NCBI RefSeq assembly: GCF_964204645.1
Contig: NC_134032.1
Location: 12,822,275 to 12,886,274 of the forward strand
Source of the DNA: Tubulanus polymorphus
Taxonomy: Eukaryota; Animalia; Nemertea
Direction of reading: 5' to 3'
Length of the DNA: 64,000 nt
Shown here: positions 35,890 through 50,800 of the stretch, piece after piece
How the letters are laid out: every line of letters starts with the position of its first letter
Position numbering within the stretch: position 1 is the stretch's first letter
Notes under the pieces: model-generated
Databases searched by the model: none
What the model saw: only the letters and a program-made list of their open reading frames with translations
What the model was told of the DNA's origin: nothing
Position numbers and translations under genes: made by a program

Positions 35890-38800
35890 CAACCAACTAA
35901 GAAGATTCCAGCAATCTCGAAAGGTAAGTTGATATAAATTGAAATCATTATGATTAATGCTTTATGAAATATTCTGTGACTACGATATCTTCTATTAATC
36001 CATCTCAGCTGAATGTCATCTATAACGCAAGAGTCCAGCTAGAAATCAACGAGACATCTAAAAACTACCAATGAGATCATCCCACAGAAGAGTCCAGCTA
36101 GAAATCAACGAGTCACCTAATAACTACCAATGAGATCATCCCACAGAAAAGTCCAGCTAGAAATCAACGAGTCACCTAAAAACTACCAATGAGATCATCC
36201 CACAGAAGAGTCCAGCTAGAAATCAACGAGTCACCTAAAAACCACTGATGAGTTCACCCAACAAAAGAGTCCAGCTAGATTTCAACGAATCACCTAAAAT
36301 CTACCAATGTCATCTATAACGCAAGAGTCCAGCTAGAAATCAACGAGACATCTAAAAACTACCAATGAGATGATCCCACAGAAGAGTCCAGCTAAAAAAT
36401 CAACGAGTCATCCAAAATCTACCAATGAGATCATCCCACAGAAGAGTCCAGCTAGAAATCAGCAAGTCACCTAAAAACTACCAATGAGGTCATCCCACAG
36501 AAGAGTCCAGCTAAAGAATCAACAAGTCATCTAAAAACTACCAATGAGATCATCCCACAGAAGAGTCCAGCTAAAAAATCAATGAGTCATCTAAAATCTA
36601 CCAATGAGATCATCCCACAGAAGAGTCCAGCTAGAAATCAGCAAGTCACCTAAAATCTACCAATGAGATCATCCCACAGAAGAAATCAGCAAGTCACCTA
36701 AAATCTACCAATGAGGTCATCCCGCAGAAGAGACCAGCTAGAAATGAACAAGTCATCCCACAGAAGAGTCCAGCTAAAGAATCAACGAGTCATCTAAAAA
36801 CTACCAATGAGATCATCCCACAGAAGAGTCCAGCTAAAAATCAACGAGTCACCTAAAATCCACTGATGAGTTCACTCAACAAAAGAGTCCAGCTAGATTT
36901 CAACGAATCACCTAAAATCTACCAATGTCATCTATAACGCAAGAGTCCAGCTAGAAATCAACGAGACATCTAAAAACTACCAATGAGATCATCCCACAGA
37001 AGAGTCCAGCTAAAAAATCAACAAGATCTAAAATCTACCAATGAGATCATCCCACAGAAGAGTCCAGCTAGAAATCAGCAAGTCACCTAAAATCTACCAA
37101 TGAGGTCATCCCACAGAAGAGTCCAGCTAAAGAATCAACAAGTCATCTAAAAACTACCAATGAGATCATCCCACAGAAGAGTCCAGCTAAAAAATCAACG
37201 AGTCATCTAAAATCTACCAATGAGATCATCCCACAGAAGAGTCCAGCTAGAAATCAGCAAGTCACCTAAAATCTACCAATGAGGTCATCCCACAGAAGAG
37301 TCCAGCTAGAAATCAACGAGTCACCTAAAAACTACCAATGAGATCATCCCACAGAAAAGTCCAGCTAGAAATCAACGAGTCACCTAAAAACCACTGATGA
37401 GTTCACCCAACAAAAGAGTCCAGCTAGATTTCAACGAATCACCTAAAATCTACCAATGTCATCTATAACGCAAGAATCCAGCTAGAAATCAACGAGACAT
37501 CTAAAAACTACCAATGAGATCATCCCACAGAAGAGTCCAGCTAAAAAATCAACGAGTCATATAAAATCTACCAATGAGATCATCCCACAGAAGAGTCCAG
37601 CTAGAAATCAGCAAGTCACCTAAAATCTACCAATGAGGTCATCCCACAGTAGAGACCAGCTAGAAATGAACAAGTCATCCCACAGAAGAGTCCAGCTAAA
37701 GAATCAACGAGTCATCTAAAAACTACCAATGAGATCATCCCACAGAAGAGTCCAGCTAAAAATCAACGAGTCACCTAAAATCCACTGATGAGTTCACCCA
37801 AGAAAAGAGTCCAGCTAGATTTCAACGAATCACCTAAAATCTACCAATGTCATCTATAACGCAAGAGTCCAGCTAGAAATCAACGAGTCACCTAAAAACT
37901 ACCAATGAGATCATCCCACAGAAGAGTCCAGCTAGAAATCAGCAAGTCACCAAAAATCTACCAATGAGGTCATCCCACAGAAGAGTCCAGCTAAAGAATC
38001 AACAAGTCATCTAAAAACTACACATGAGATCATCCCACAGAATAGTCCAGCTAGAAATCAACGAGTGACCTAAAATCTACCAATGACATCATCCCAGAGA
38101 AGAGTCCAGCTAGAAATCAACAAGTCACCTAATATCGACCAATGAGATCATCCCCCAAGAGTCCAGCTAAAAATTAACGAGTCACCTAAAACCTACCGAT
38201 GAGATCACCCAACAATAGAGTCCAGCTAGAAATCAACGAGTCATCTAAAAACAACTAAGAAGATTCCAGCATATATTGAACCCAGCAATCTCAAAAGGTA
38301 AGTTGATATACATTGAAATCATTATGATTAATGCTTTATAAAATATTCTGTGACTACGATATCTTCTATTACCCATCTCAGCTAAATGTCATCTATAACG
38401 CAAGAGCCCAGCTAGAAATCAACGAGTCACCTAAAAACTACCGATGAGATCTTCCCCCAATAAGTCCAGCTAGAAATCAACGTGTCATCTAAAATCTAAC
38501 AATGAGATCATCCCACAGAAGAGTCCCGCTAGAAATCAACGAGTCACCTTAAAACTACCAATGAGATCATCCCACAGAAGAGGCCAGCTAGAAATCAACG
38601 AGTCTTGTAAAAACTACCAATGAGATCATCCCACAGAAAAGTCCAGCTAGAAATCAACGAGTCACCTAAAAACTACAAATGAGATCATCCCACAGAAGAG
38701 TCCAGCTAGAAATCAACGAGTCTTGTAAAAACTACCAATGACATAATCCCACAGAAAAGTCCAGCTAGAAATCAACGAGTCACCTAAAAACTACAAATGA

Positions 38801-41800
38801 GATCATCCCACAGAAGAGTCCAGCTAGAAATCAACGAGTCACCTAAAAACTACCAATGAGATCATCCGACAGAAGAGTCCAGCTAAAAATCAACAAGTCA
38901 TCTAAAAACTACCAATGAGATCATCCCACTTCCAATGAGATCATCCAACAGAAGAGTCCATCTAGAAATCAACGAGTCATCTTTAATCAACCAATGAGAT
39001 CATCCCCCAAAAGAGTCCAGCTAAAGAATTAACGGGTCTTCTCAAATATACCGATGAGATCATCCCACAGATGAGTCCAGCTAGAAATCAGCAAGTCACC
39101 TAAAATCTACCAATTAGATCATCCCACAGAAGAGTCCAGCTAGAAATCAGCAAGTCACCTAAAATCTACCAATGAGGTCATCCCACAGAAGAGTCCAGCT
39201 AAAAATCAATGAGTCACCTAAAATCCACTGATGAGTTCACCCAACAAAAGAGTCCAGCTAGATTTCAACGAATCACCTAAAATCTACCAATGTCATCTAT
39301 AACGCAAGATTCCAGCTAGAAATGAACGAGACATCTAAAAACTACCAATGAGATCATCCCACAGAAGAGTCCAGCTAAAAAATTAACGAGTCATCTAAAA
39401 TCTACCAATGAGATCATCCCACAGAAGAGTCCAGCTAGAAATCAGCAAGTCACCTAAAATCTACCAATAAGGTCATCCCACAGAAGAGTCCAGCTAAAGA
39501 ATCAATGAGTCATCTAAATTCTACCAATGAGATCATCCCACAGAAGAGTCCAGCTAAAAAATCAACGAGTCACATAAAAACTACCAATGAGATCATCCCA
39601 CAGAAGAGTCCAGCTAAAAATCAACGAGTCACCTAAAATCAACTGATGAGTTCACCCAACAAAAGAGTCCAGCTAGATTTCAACGAGTCATCTAAAAACT
39701 ACCAATGAGATCATCCCACAGACGAGTCCAGCTAAAAATCAACGAGTCACCTAAAATCCACTGATGAGTTCACCCAAGAAAAGAGTCCAGCTAGATTTCA
39801 ACGAATCACCTAAAATCTACCAATGTCATCTATAACGCAAGAGTCCAGCTAGAAATCAACGAGTCACCTAAAAAATACCAATGAGATCATCCCACAGAAG
39901 AGTCCAGCTAGAAATCAGCAAGTCACCTAAAATCTACCAATGAGGTCATCCCACAGAAGAGTCCAGCTAAAGAATCAACAAGTCATCTAAAAACTACACA
40001 TGAGATCATCCCACAGAAGAGTCCAGCTAGAAATCAACGAGTCTTGTAAAATCTACCAATGACATCATCCCAGAGAAGAGTCCAGCTAGAAATCAACAAG
40101 TCACCTAATATCGACCAATGAGATCATCCCCCAAGAGTCCAGCTAAAAATTAACGAGTCACCTAAAACCTACCGATGAGATCACCCAACAATAGAGTCCA
40201 GCTAGAAATCAACGAGTCATCTAAAAACAACTAAGAAGATTCCAGCAGATATTGAACCCAGCAATCTCAAAAGGTAAGTTGATATACATTGAAATCATTA
40301 TGATTAATGCTTTATAAAATATTCTGTGACTACGATATCTTCTATTACCCATCTCAGCTAAATGTCATCTATAACGCAAGAGCCCAGCTAGAAATCAACG
40401 AGTCACCTAAAAACTACCGATGAGATCTTCCCCCAATAAGTCCAGCTAGAAATCAACGTGTCATCTAAAATCTAACAATGAGATCATCCCACAGAAGAGT
40501 CCCGCTAGAAATCAACGAGTCACCTTAAAACTACCAATGAGATCATCCCACAGAAGAGTCCAGCTAGAAATCAACGAGTCTTGTAAAAACTACCAATGAG
40601 ATCATCCCACAGAAAAGTCCAGCTAGAAATCAACGAGTCACCTAAAAACTACAAATGAGATCATCCCACAGAAGAGTCCAGCTAGAAATCAACGAGTCTT
40701 GTAAAAACTACCAATGACATAATCCCACAGAAAAGTCCAGCTAGAAATCAACGAGTCACCTAAAAACTACAAATGAGATCATCCCACAGAAGAGTCCAGC
40801 TAGAAATCAACGAGTCACCTAAAAAATACCAATGAGATCATCCCACAGAAGAGTCCAGCTAAAAATCAACCAGTCATCTAAAAACTACCAATGAGATCAT
40901 CCCACTTCCAATGAGATCATCCAACAGAAGAGTCCATCTAGAAATCAACGAGTCATCTTTAATCTACCAATGAGATCATCCCCCAAAAGAGTCCAGCTAA
41001 AGAATTAACGGGTCTTCTAAAATATACCGATGAGATCATCCCACAGATGAGTCCAGCTAAAAAATCAACCAGTCATCTAAAATCTACCGATAGATCATCC
41101 CACAGAAGAGTCCAGCTAGAAATCAGCAAGTCACCTAAAATCTACCAATGAGATCATCCCACAGAAGAGTCCAGCTAGAAATCAGCAAGTCACCTAAAAT
41201 CTACCAATGAGGTCATCCCACAGAAGAGTCCAGCTAACAATCAATGAGTCACCTAAAATCCACTGATGAGTTCACCCAACAAAAGAGTCCAGCTAGATTT
41301 CAACGAATCACCTAAAATCTACCAATGTCATCTATAACGCAAGAGTCCAGCTAGAAATGAACGAGACATCTAAAAACTACCAATGAGATCATCCCACAGA
41401 AGAGTCCAGCTAAAAAATTAACGAGTCATCTAAAATCTACCAATGAGATCATCCCACAGAAGAGTCCAGCTAGAAATCAGCAAGTCACCTAAAATCTACC
41501 AATAAGGTCATCCCACAGAAGAGTCCAGCTAATGAATCAATGAGTCATCTAAATTCTACCAATGAGATCATCCCACAGAAGAGTCCAGCTAAAAAATCAA
41601 CGAGTCACATAAAAACTACCAATGAGATCATCCCACAGAAGAGTCCAGCTAAAAATCAACGAGTCACCTAAAATCAACTGATGAGTTCACCCAACAAAAG
41701 AGTCCAGCTAGATTTCAAGGAGTCATCTAAAATCTACCAATGAGGTCATCCCACAGAAGAGTCCAGCTAAAGAATCAACGAGTCACATAAAAACTACCAA

Positions 41801-44800
41801 TGACATAATCCCACAGAAGAGTCCAGCTAGAAATCAACGAGTCACCTAAAAACTACCAATGAGATCATCCGACAGAAGAATCCAGCTAGAAATCAACGAG
41901 TCACCTAAAAACTACCAATGAGATCATCCCGCAGAAGAGTCCAGCTAAAAATCAACCAGTCGTCTAAAAACTACCAATGAGATCATCCCACTTCCAATGA
42001 GATCATCCAACAGAAGAGTCCATCTAGAAATCAACGAGTCATCTTAAATCTACCAATGAGATCATCCCCCAAAAGAGTCCAGCTAGAAATCAACGAGTCA
42101 CCTAAAATCTACCAATGAGATCATCCCACAGAAGAGTCCAGCTAGAAATCAACAAGTCGCCTAAAAACTACCAATGAGATCATCCTAGAGAAGAGTCCAG
42201 CTAACGAATTAACGGGTCATCTAAAATATACCGATGAGATCATCCCACAGAAGAGTCCAGCTAGAAATCAACGAGTCACCTAAAAACTACCAATGAGATC
42301 ATCCCAGAGAAGAGTCCAGCTAGAAATCAACGAGTCACCTAAAATCTACCAATGCGATCATCCCACAGAAGAGTCCAGCTAGAAATCAACGAGTGACCTA
42401 AAAACTACCAATGAGATCACCCCACAGAAAAGTCCAGCTAGAAATCAGCAAGTCATCTAAAATCTACCAATGATGTCATCCCACAGAAGAGTCCATCTAT
42501 AAATCAGCAAGTCATCTAAAATCTACCAATGATGTCATCCCACAGAAGATTCCATCTATAAATCAACGAGTCATCTAAAATCTACCAATGAGATCATCCC
42601 ACTGAAGAAATCAGCAAGTCACCTAAAATCTACCAATGAGGTCATCCCACAGAAGAGTCCAGCTAAAGAATCAACGAGTCATCTAATAACTACCAATGAG
42701 ATCATCCCACAGAAGAGTCCAGCTAAAAAATCAACGAGTCATCTAAAATCTACCAATGAGGTCATCCCACAGAAGAGTCCAGATTCTTTAGAATCAACGA
42801 GTCACATAAAAACTACCAATGACATAATCCCACAGAAGAGTCCAGCTAGAAATCAACGAGTCACCTAAAAACTACCAATGAGATCATTCCACAGAAGAGT
42901 CCAGCTAGAAATCAGCAAGTCACCTAAAATCTACCAATGAGATCATCCCACAGAAGAAATCAGCAAGTCACCTAAAATCTACCAATGAGGTCATCCCACA
43001 GAAGAATCCAGCTAAAGAATCAACGAGTCATCTAATAACTACCAATGAGATCATCCCACAGAAGAGTCCAGCTAAAAAATCGACGAGTCATCTAAAATCT
43101 ACCAATGAGGTCATCCCACAGAAGAGTCCAGCTAAAGAATCAACGAGTCACATAAAAACTACCAATGACATAATCCCACAGAAGAGTCAAGCTAGAAATC
43201 AACGAGTCACCTAAAAACTACCAATGAGATCATCCCACAGAAGAGTCCAGCTAAAAATTAACCAGTCATCTAAAAACTACCAATGAGATCATCCCACTTC
43301 CAATGAGATCATCCAACAGAAGTGTCCATCTAGAAATCAACGAGTCACCTAAAAACTATTAATGAGATCATCCCACAGAAAAGTCCAGCTAGAAATCAAC
43401 AAGTCACCTAAAAACTACCAATGAGATCATCCCACAGAAGAGTCCAGCTAGAAATCAACGAGTCACCTAAAAACTACCAATGAGATCATCCCGCAGAAGA
43501 GTCCAGCTAAAAATCAACCAGTCGTCTAAAAACTACCAATGAGATCATCCCACTTCCAATGAGATCATCCAACAGAAGAGTCCATTTAGAAATCAACGAG
43601 TCATCTTAAATCTACCAATGAGATCATCCCCCAAAAGAGTCCAGCTAGAAATCAACGAGTCACCTCAAATCTACCAATGAGATCATCCCACAGAAGAGTC
43701 CAGCTAGAAATCAACAAGTCGCCTAAAAACTACCAATGAGATCATCCTAGAGAAGAGTCCAGCTAACGAATTAACGGGTCATCTAAAATATACCGATGAG
43801 ATCATCCCACAGAAGAGTCCAGCTAGAAATCAACGAGTCACCTAAAAACTACCAATGAGATCATCCCAGAGAAGAGTCCAGCTAGAAATCAACGAGTCAC
43901 CTAAAATCTACCAATGCGATCATCCCACAGAAGAGTCCAGCTAGAAATCAACGAGTCACCTAAAAACTACCAATGAGATCATCCCAGAGAAGAGTCCAGC
44001 TAAAGAATTAACGGGTCATCTAAAATATACCGATGAGATCATCCCACAGAAGAGTCCAGCTAAAAAACTAACGAGTCATCTAAAATCTACCAATGAGATC
44101 ATCCCACAGAAGAGTCCAGCTAGAAATCAGCAAGTCACCTAAAATCTACCAATGAGGTCATCCCATAGAAGAGTCCAGCTAAAGAATCAACGAGTCATCT
44201 AAAAACTACCAATGAGATCATCCCACAGAAGAGTCCAGCTAAAAAATCAACGAGTCATCTAAAATCTACCAATGAGATCATCCCACAGAAGAGTCCAGCT
44301 AGAAATCAACGAGTCACCTAAAAACTACCAATGAGATCATCCCACAGAAAAGTCCAGCTAGAAATCAACGAGTCACCTAAAAACTACCAATGAGATCATC
44401 CCACAGAAGAGTCCAGCTAGAAATCAACGAGTCACCTAAAAACTATCAATGAGATCATCCCACAGAAGAGTCCAGCTAGAAATCAACGAGTCACCTAAAA
44501 ACTACCAATGAGATCATCCCGCAGAAGAGTCCAGCTAAAAATCAACCAGTCGTCTAAAAACTACCAATGAGATCATCCCACTTCCAATGAGATCATCCAA
44601 CAGAAGAGTCCATCTAGAAATCAACGAGTCATCTTAAATCTACCAATGAGATCATCCCCCAAAAGAGTCCAGCTAGAAATCAACGAGTCACCTAAAATCT
44701 ACCAATGAGATCATCCCACAGAAGAGTCCAGCTAGAAATCAACAAGTCGCCTAAAAACTACCAATGAGATCATCCTAGAGAAGAGTCCAGCTAACGAATT

Positions 44801-47800
44801 AACGGGTCATCTAAAATATACCGATGAGATCATCCCACAGAAGAGTCCAGCTAGAAATCAACGAGTCACCTAAAAACTACCAATGAGATCATCCCAGAGA
44901 AGAGTCCAGCTAGAAATCAACGAGTCACCTAAAATCTACCAATGCGATCATCCCACAGAAGAGTCCAGCTAGAAATCAACGAGTCACCTAAAAACTACCA
45001 ATGAGATCATCCCACAGAAGAGTCCAGCTAGAAATCAGCAAGTCACCTAAAATCTACCAATGAGGTCATCCCATAGAAGAGTCCAGCTAAAGAATCAACG
45101 AGTCATCTGAAAACTACCAATGACATAATCCCACAGAAGAGTCCAGCTAGAGATCAACGAGTCACCTAAAAACTACCAATGAGATCATCCCACAGAAGAG
45201 TCCAGCTAGAAATCAACGAGTCACCTAAAAACTACCAATGAGATCATCCCGCAGAATAGTCCTGCTAAAAATCAACCAGTCATCTAAAAACTACCAATGA
45301 GATCATCCCACTTCCAATGAGATCATCCAACAGAAGAGTCCATCTAGAAATCTACGAGTCACCTAAAAACTACCAATGAGATCATCCCACAGAAGAGTCC
45401 ATCTATAAATCAACGAGTCATCTAAAATCTACCAATGAGGTCATCCCACAGAAGAGTCCAGCTAAAAAATCAACGAGTCATCTAAAATCTACCAATGAGG
45501 TCATCCCACAGAAGAGTCCAGATTCTTTAGAATCAACGAGTCACATAAAAACTACCAATGACATAATCCCACAGAAGAGTCCAGCTAGAAATCAACGAGT
45601 CACCTAAAAACTACCAATGAGATCATTCCACAGAAGAGTCCAGCTAGAAATCAGCAAGTCACCTAAAATCTACCAATGAGATCATCCCACAGAAGAAATC
45701 AGCAAGTCACCTAAAATCTACCAATGAGGTCATCCCACAGAAGAATCCAGCTAAAGAATCAACGAGTCATCTAATAACTACCAATGAGATCATCCCACAG
45801 AAGAGTCCAGCTAAAAAATCGACGAGTCATCTAAAATCTACCAATGAGGTCATCCCACAGAAGAGTCCAGCTAAAGAATCAACGAGTCACATAAAAACTA
45901 CCAATGACATAATCCCACAGAAGAGTCAAGCTAGAAATCAACGAGTCACCTAAAAACTACCAATGAGATCATCCCACAGAAGAGTCCAGCTAAAAATTAA
46001 CCAGTCATCTAAAAACTACCAATGAGATCATCCCACTTCCAATGAGATCATCCAACAGAAGTGTCCATCTAGAAATCAACGAGTCACCTAAAAACTATTA
46101 ATGAGATCATCCCACAGAAAAGTCCAGCTAGAAATCAACAAGTCACCTAAAAACTACCAATGAGATCATCCCACAGAAGAGTCCAGCTAGAAATCAACGA
46201 GTCACCTAAAAACTACCAATGAGATCATCCCGCAGAAGAGTCCAGCTAAAAATCAACCAGTCGTCTAAAAACTACCAATGAGATCATCCCACTTCCAATG
46301 AGATCATCCAACAGAAGAGTCCATTTAGAAATCAACGAGTCATCTTAAATCTACCAATGAGATCATCCCCCAAAAGAGTCCAGCTAGAAATCAACGAGTC
46401 ACCTCAAATCTACCAATGAGATCATCCCACAGAAGAGTCCAGCTAGAAATCAACAAGTCGCCTAAAAACTACCAATGAGATCATCCTAGAGAAGAGTCCA
46501 GCTAACGAATTAACGGGTCATCTAAAATATACCGATGAGATCATCCCACAGAAGAGTCCAGCTAGAAATCAACGAGTCACCTAAAAACTACCAATGAGAT
46601 CATCCCAGAGAAGAGTCCAGCTAGAAATCAACGAGTCACCTAAAATCTACCAATGCGATCATCCCACAGAAGAGTCCAGCTAGAAATCAACGAGTCACCT
46701 AAAAACTACCAATGAGATCATCCCAGAGAAGAGTCCAGCTAAAGAATTAACGGGTCATCTAAAATATACCGATGAGATCATCCCACAGAAGAGTCCAGCT
46801 AAAAAACTAACGAGTCATCTAAAATCTACCAATGAGATCATCCCACAGAAGAGTCCAGCTAGAAATCAGCAAGTCACCTAAAATCTACCAATGAGGTCAT
46901 CCCATAGAAGAGTCCAGCTAAAGAATCAACGAGTCATCTAAAAACTACCAATGAGATCATCCCACAGAAGAGTCCAGCTAAAAAATCAACGAGTCATCTA
47001 AAATCTACCAATGAGATCATCCCACAGAAGAGTCCAGCTAGAAATCAACGAGTCACCTAAAAACTACCAATGAGATCATCCCACAGAAAAGTCCAGCTAG
47101 AAATCAACGAGTCACCTAAAAACTACCAATGAGATCATCCCACAGAAGAGTCCAGCTAGAAATCAACGAGTCACCTAAAAACTATCAATGAGATCATCCC
47201 ACAGAAGAGTCCAGCTAGAAATCAACGAGTCACCTAAAAACTACCAATGAGATCATCCCGCAGAAGAGTCCAGCTAAAAATCAACCAGTCGTCTAAAAAC
47301 TACCAATGAGATCATCCCACTTCCAATGAGATCATCCAACAGAAGAGTCCATCTAGAAATCAACGAGTCATCTTAAATCTACCAATGAGATCATCCCCCA
47401 AAAGAGTCCAGCTAGAAATCAACGAGTCACCTAAAATCTACCAATGAGATCATCCCACAGAAGAGTCCAGCTAGAAATCAACAAGTCGCCTAAAAACTAC
47501 CAATGAGATCATCCTAGAGAAGAGTCCAGCTAACGAATTAACGGGTCATCTAAAATATACCGATGAGATCATCCCACAGAAGAGTCCAGCTAGAAATCAA
47601 CGAGTCACCTAAAAACTACCAATGAGATCATCCCAGAGAAGAGTCCAGCTAGAAATCAACGAGTCACCTAAAATCTACCAATGCGATCATCCCACAGAAG
47701 AGTCCAGCTAGAAATCAACGAGTCACCTAAAAACTACCAATGAGATCATCCCACAGAAGAGTCCAGCTAGAAATCAGCAAGTCACCTAAAATCTACCAAT

Positions 47801-50800
47801 GAGGTCATCCCATAGAAGAGTCCAGCTAAAGAATCAACGAGTCATCTGAAAACTACCAATGACATAATCCCACAGAAGAGTCCAGCTAGAGATCAACGAG
47901 TCACCTAAAAACTACCAATGAGATCATCCCACAGAAGAGTCCAGCTAGAAATCAACGAGTCACCTAAAAACTACCAATGAGATCATCCCGCAGAATAGTC
48001 CTGCTAAAAATCAACCAGTCATCTAAAAACTACCAATGAGATCATCCCACTTCCAATGAGATCATCCAACAGAAGAGTCCATCTAGAAATCTACGAGTCA
48101 CCTAAAAACTACCAATGAGATCATCCCACAGAAGAGTCCATCTATAAATCAACGAGTCATCTAAAATCTACCAATGAGGTCATCCCACAGAAGAGTCCAG
48201 CTAAAGAATCAACGAGTCACCTAAAAACTACCAATGAGATCATCCCACTGAAGAAATCAGCAAGTCACCTAAAATCTACCAATGAGGTCATCCCACAGAA
48301 GAGTCCAGCTAAAGAATCAACGAGTCATCTAATAACTACCAATGAGATCATCCCACAGAAGAGTCCAGCTAAAAAATCAACGAGTCATCTAAAATCTACC
48401 AATGAGGTCATCCCACAGAAGAGTCCAGATTCTTTAGAATCAACGAGTCACATAAAAACTACCAATGACATAATCCCACAGAAGAGTCCAGCTAGAAATC
48501 AACGAGTCACCTAAAAACTACCAATGAGATCATTCCACAGAAGAGTCCAGCTAGAAATCAGCAAGTCACCTAAAATCTACCAATGAGATCATCCCACAGA
48601 AGAAATCAGCAAGTCACCTAAAATCTACCAATGAGGTCATCCCACAGAAGAGTCCAGCTAAAGAATCAACGAGTCATCTAATAACTACCAATGAGATCAT
48701 CCCACAGAAGAGTCCAGCTAAAAAATCGACGAGTCATCTAAAATCTACCAATGAGGTCATCCCACAGAAGAGTCCAGCTAAAGAATCAACGAGTCACATA
48801 AAAACTACCAATGACATAATCCCACAGAAGAGTCAAGCTAGAAATCAACGAGTCACCTAAAAACTACCAATGAGATCATCCCACAGAAGAGTCCAGCTAA
48901 AAATTAACCAGTCATCTAAAAACTACCAATGAGATCATCCCACTTCCAATGAGATCATCCAACAGAAGTGTCCATCTAGAAATCAACGAGTCACCTAAAA
49001 ACTATTAATGAGATCATCCCACAGAAAAGTCCAGCTAGAAATCAACAAGTCACCTAAAAACTACCAATGAGATCATCCCACAGAAGAGTCCAGCTAGAAA
49101 TCAACGAGTCACCTAAAAACTACCAATGAGATCATCCCGCAGAATAGTCCAGCTAAAAATCAACCAGTCGTCTAAAAACTACCAATGAGATCATCCCACT
49201 TCCAATGAGATCATCCAACAGAAGAGTCCATCTAGAAATCAACGAGTCATCTTAAATCTACCAATGAGATCATCCCCCAAAAGAGTCCAGCTAGAAATCA
49301 ACGAGTCACCTAAAATCTACCAATGAGATCATCCCACAGAAGAGTCCAGCTAGAAATCAACAAGTCGCCTAAAAACTACCAATGAGATCATCCTAGAGAA
49401 GAGTCCAGCTAACGAATTAACGGGTCATCTAAAATATACCGATGAGATCATCCCACAGAAGAGTCCAGCTAGAAATCAACGAGTCACCTAAAAACTACCA
49501 ATGAGATCATCCCAGAGAAGAGTCCAGCTAGAAATCAACGAGTCACCTAAAATCTACCAATGCGATCATCCCACAGAAGAGTCCAGCTAGAAATCAACGA
49601 GTCACCTAAAAACTACCAATGAGATCATCCCAGAGAAGAGTCCAGCTAAAGAATTAACGGGTCATCTAAAATATACCGATGAGATCATCCCACAGAAGAG
49701 TCCAGCTAAAAAACTAACGAGTCATCTAAAATCTACCAATGAGATCATCCCACAGAAGAGTCCAGCTAGAAATCAGCAAGTCACCTAAAATCTACCAATG
49801 AGGTCATCCCATAGAAGAGTCCAGCTAAAGAATCAACGAGTCATCTAAAAACTACCAATGAGATCATCCCACAGAAGAGTCCAGCTAAAAAATCAACGAG
49901 TCATCTAAAATCTACCAATGAGATCATCCCACAGAAGAATCCAGCTAGAAATCAACGAGTCATCTAAAATCTACCAATGAGATCATCCCACAGAAGAATC
50001 CAGCTAGAAATCAACGAGTCACCTAAAAACTACCAATGAGATCATCCCAGAGAAGAGTCCAGCTAGAAATCAACGAGTCACCTAAAATCTACCAATGCGA
50101 TCATCCCACAGAAGAGTCCAGCTAGAAATCAACGAGTCACCTAAAAACTACCAATGAGATCATCCCAGAGAAGAGTCCAGCTAAAGAATTAACGGGTCAT
50201 CTAAAATATACCGATGAGATCATCCCACAGAAGAGTCCAGCTAAAAAACTAACGAGTCATCTAAAATCTACCAATGAGATCATCCCACAGAAGAGTCCAG
50301 CTAGAAATCAGCAAGTCACCTAAAATCTACCAATGAGGTCATCCCATAGAAGAGTCCAGCTAAAGAATCAACGAGTCATCTAAAAACTACCAATGAGATC
50401 ATCCCACAGAAGAGTCCAGCTAAAAAATCAACGAGTCATCTAAAATCTACCAATGAGATCATCCCACAGAAGAATCCAGCTAGAAATCAATGAGTCATCT
50501 AAAATCTACCAATGAGATCGTCCCACAGAAGAGTCCAGCTAGAAGTCAACGAGTCATCTAAAGTCTTGCAATGAGATCATCCCCCAAAAGAGTCCAGCTA
50601 AAAATCAACGAGTCACCTAAAACCTACCAATGAGATCACCCAACAAAAAGGTCCAGCTAGAAATCAACGAGTCACCTAAAAACTACCGATGAGATCATCT
50701 CCCAAAAGAGTCCAGCTAGAAATCAACTAGTCACCTATAATCCACTGATGACATCATCCCCCAAAATCAACGAGTCACCTAAAAACTACCAATGAGATCA

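Noticed and set aside
35924-36008. Repeated intron as a box C/D snoRNA or mirtron host
   Set aside because: There is no proper RUGAUGA/CUGA box pair and no convincing end-to-end hairpin by eye.
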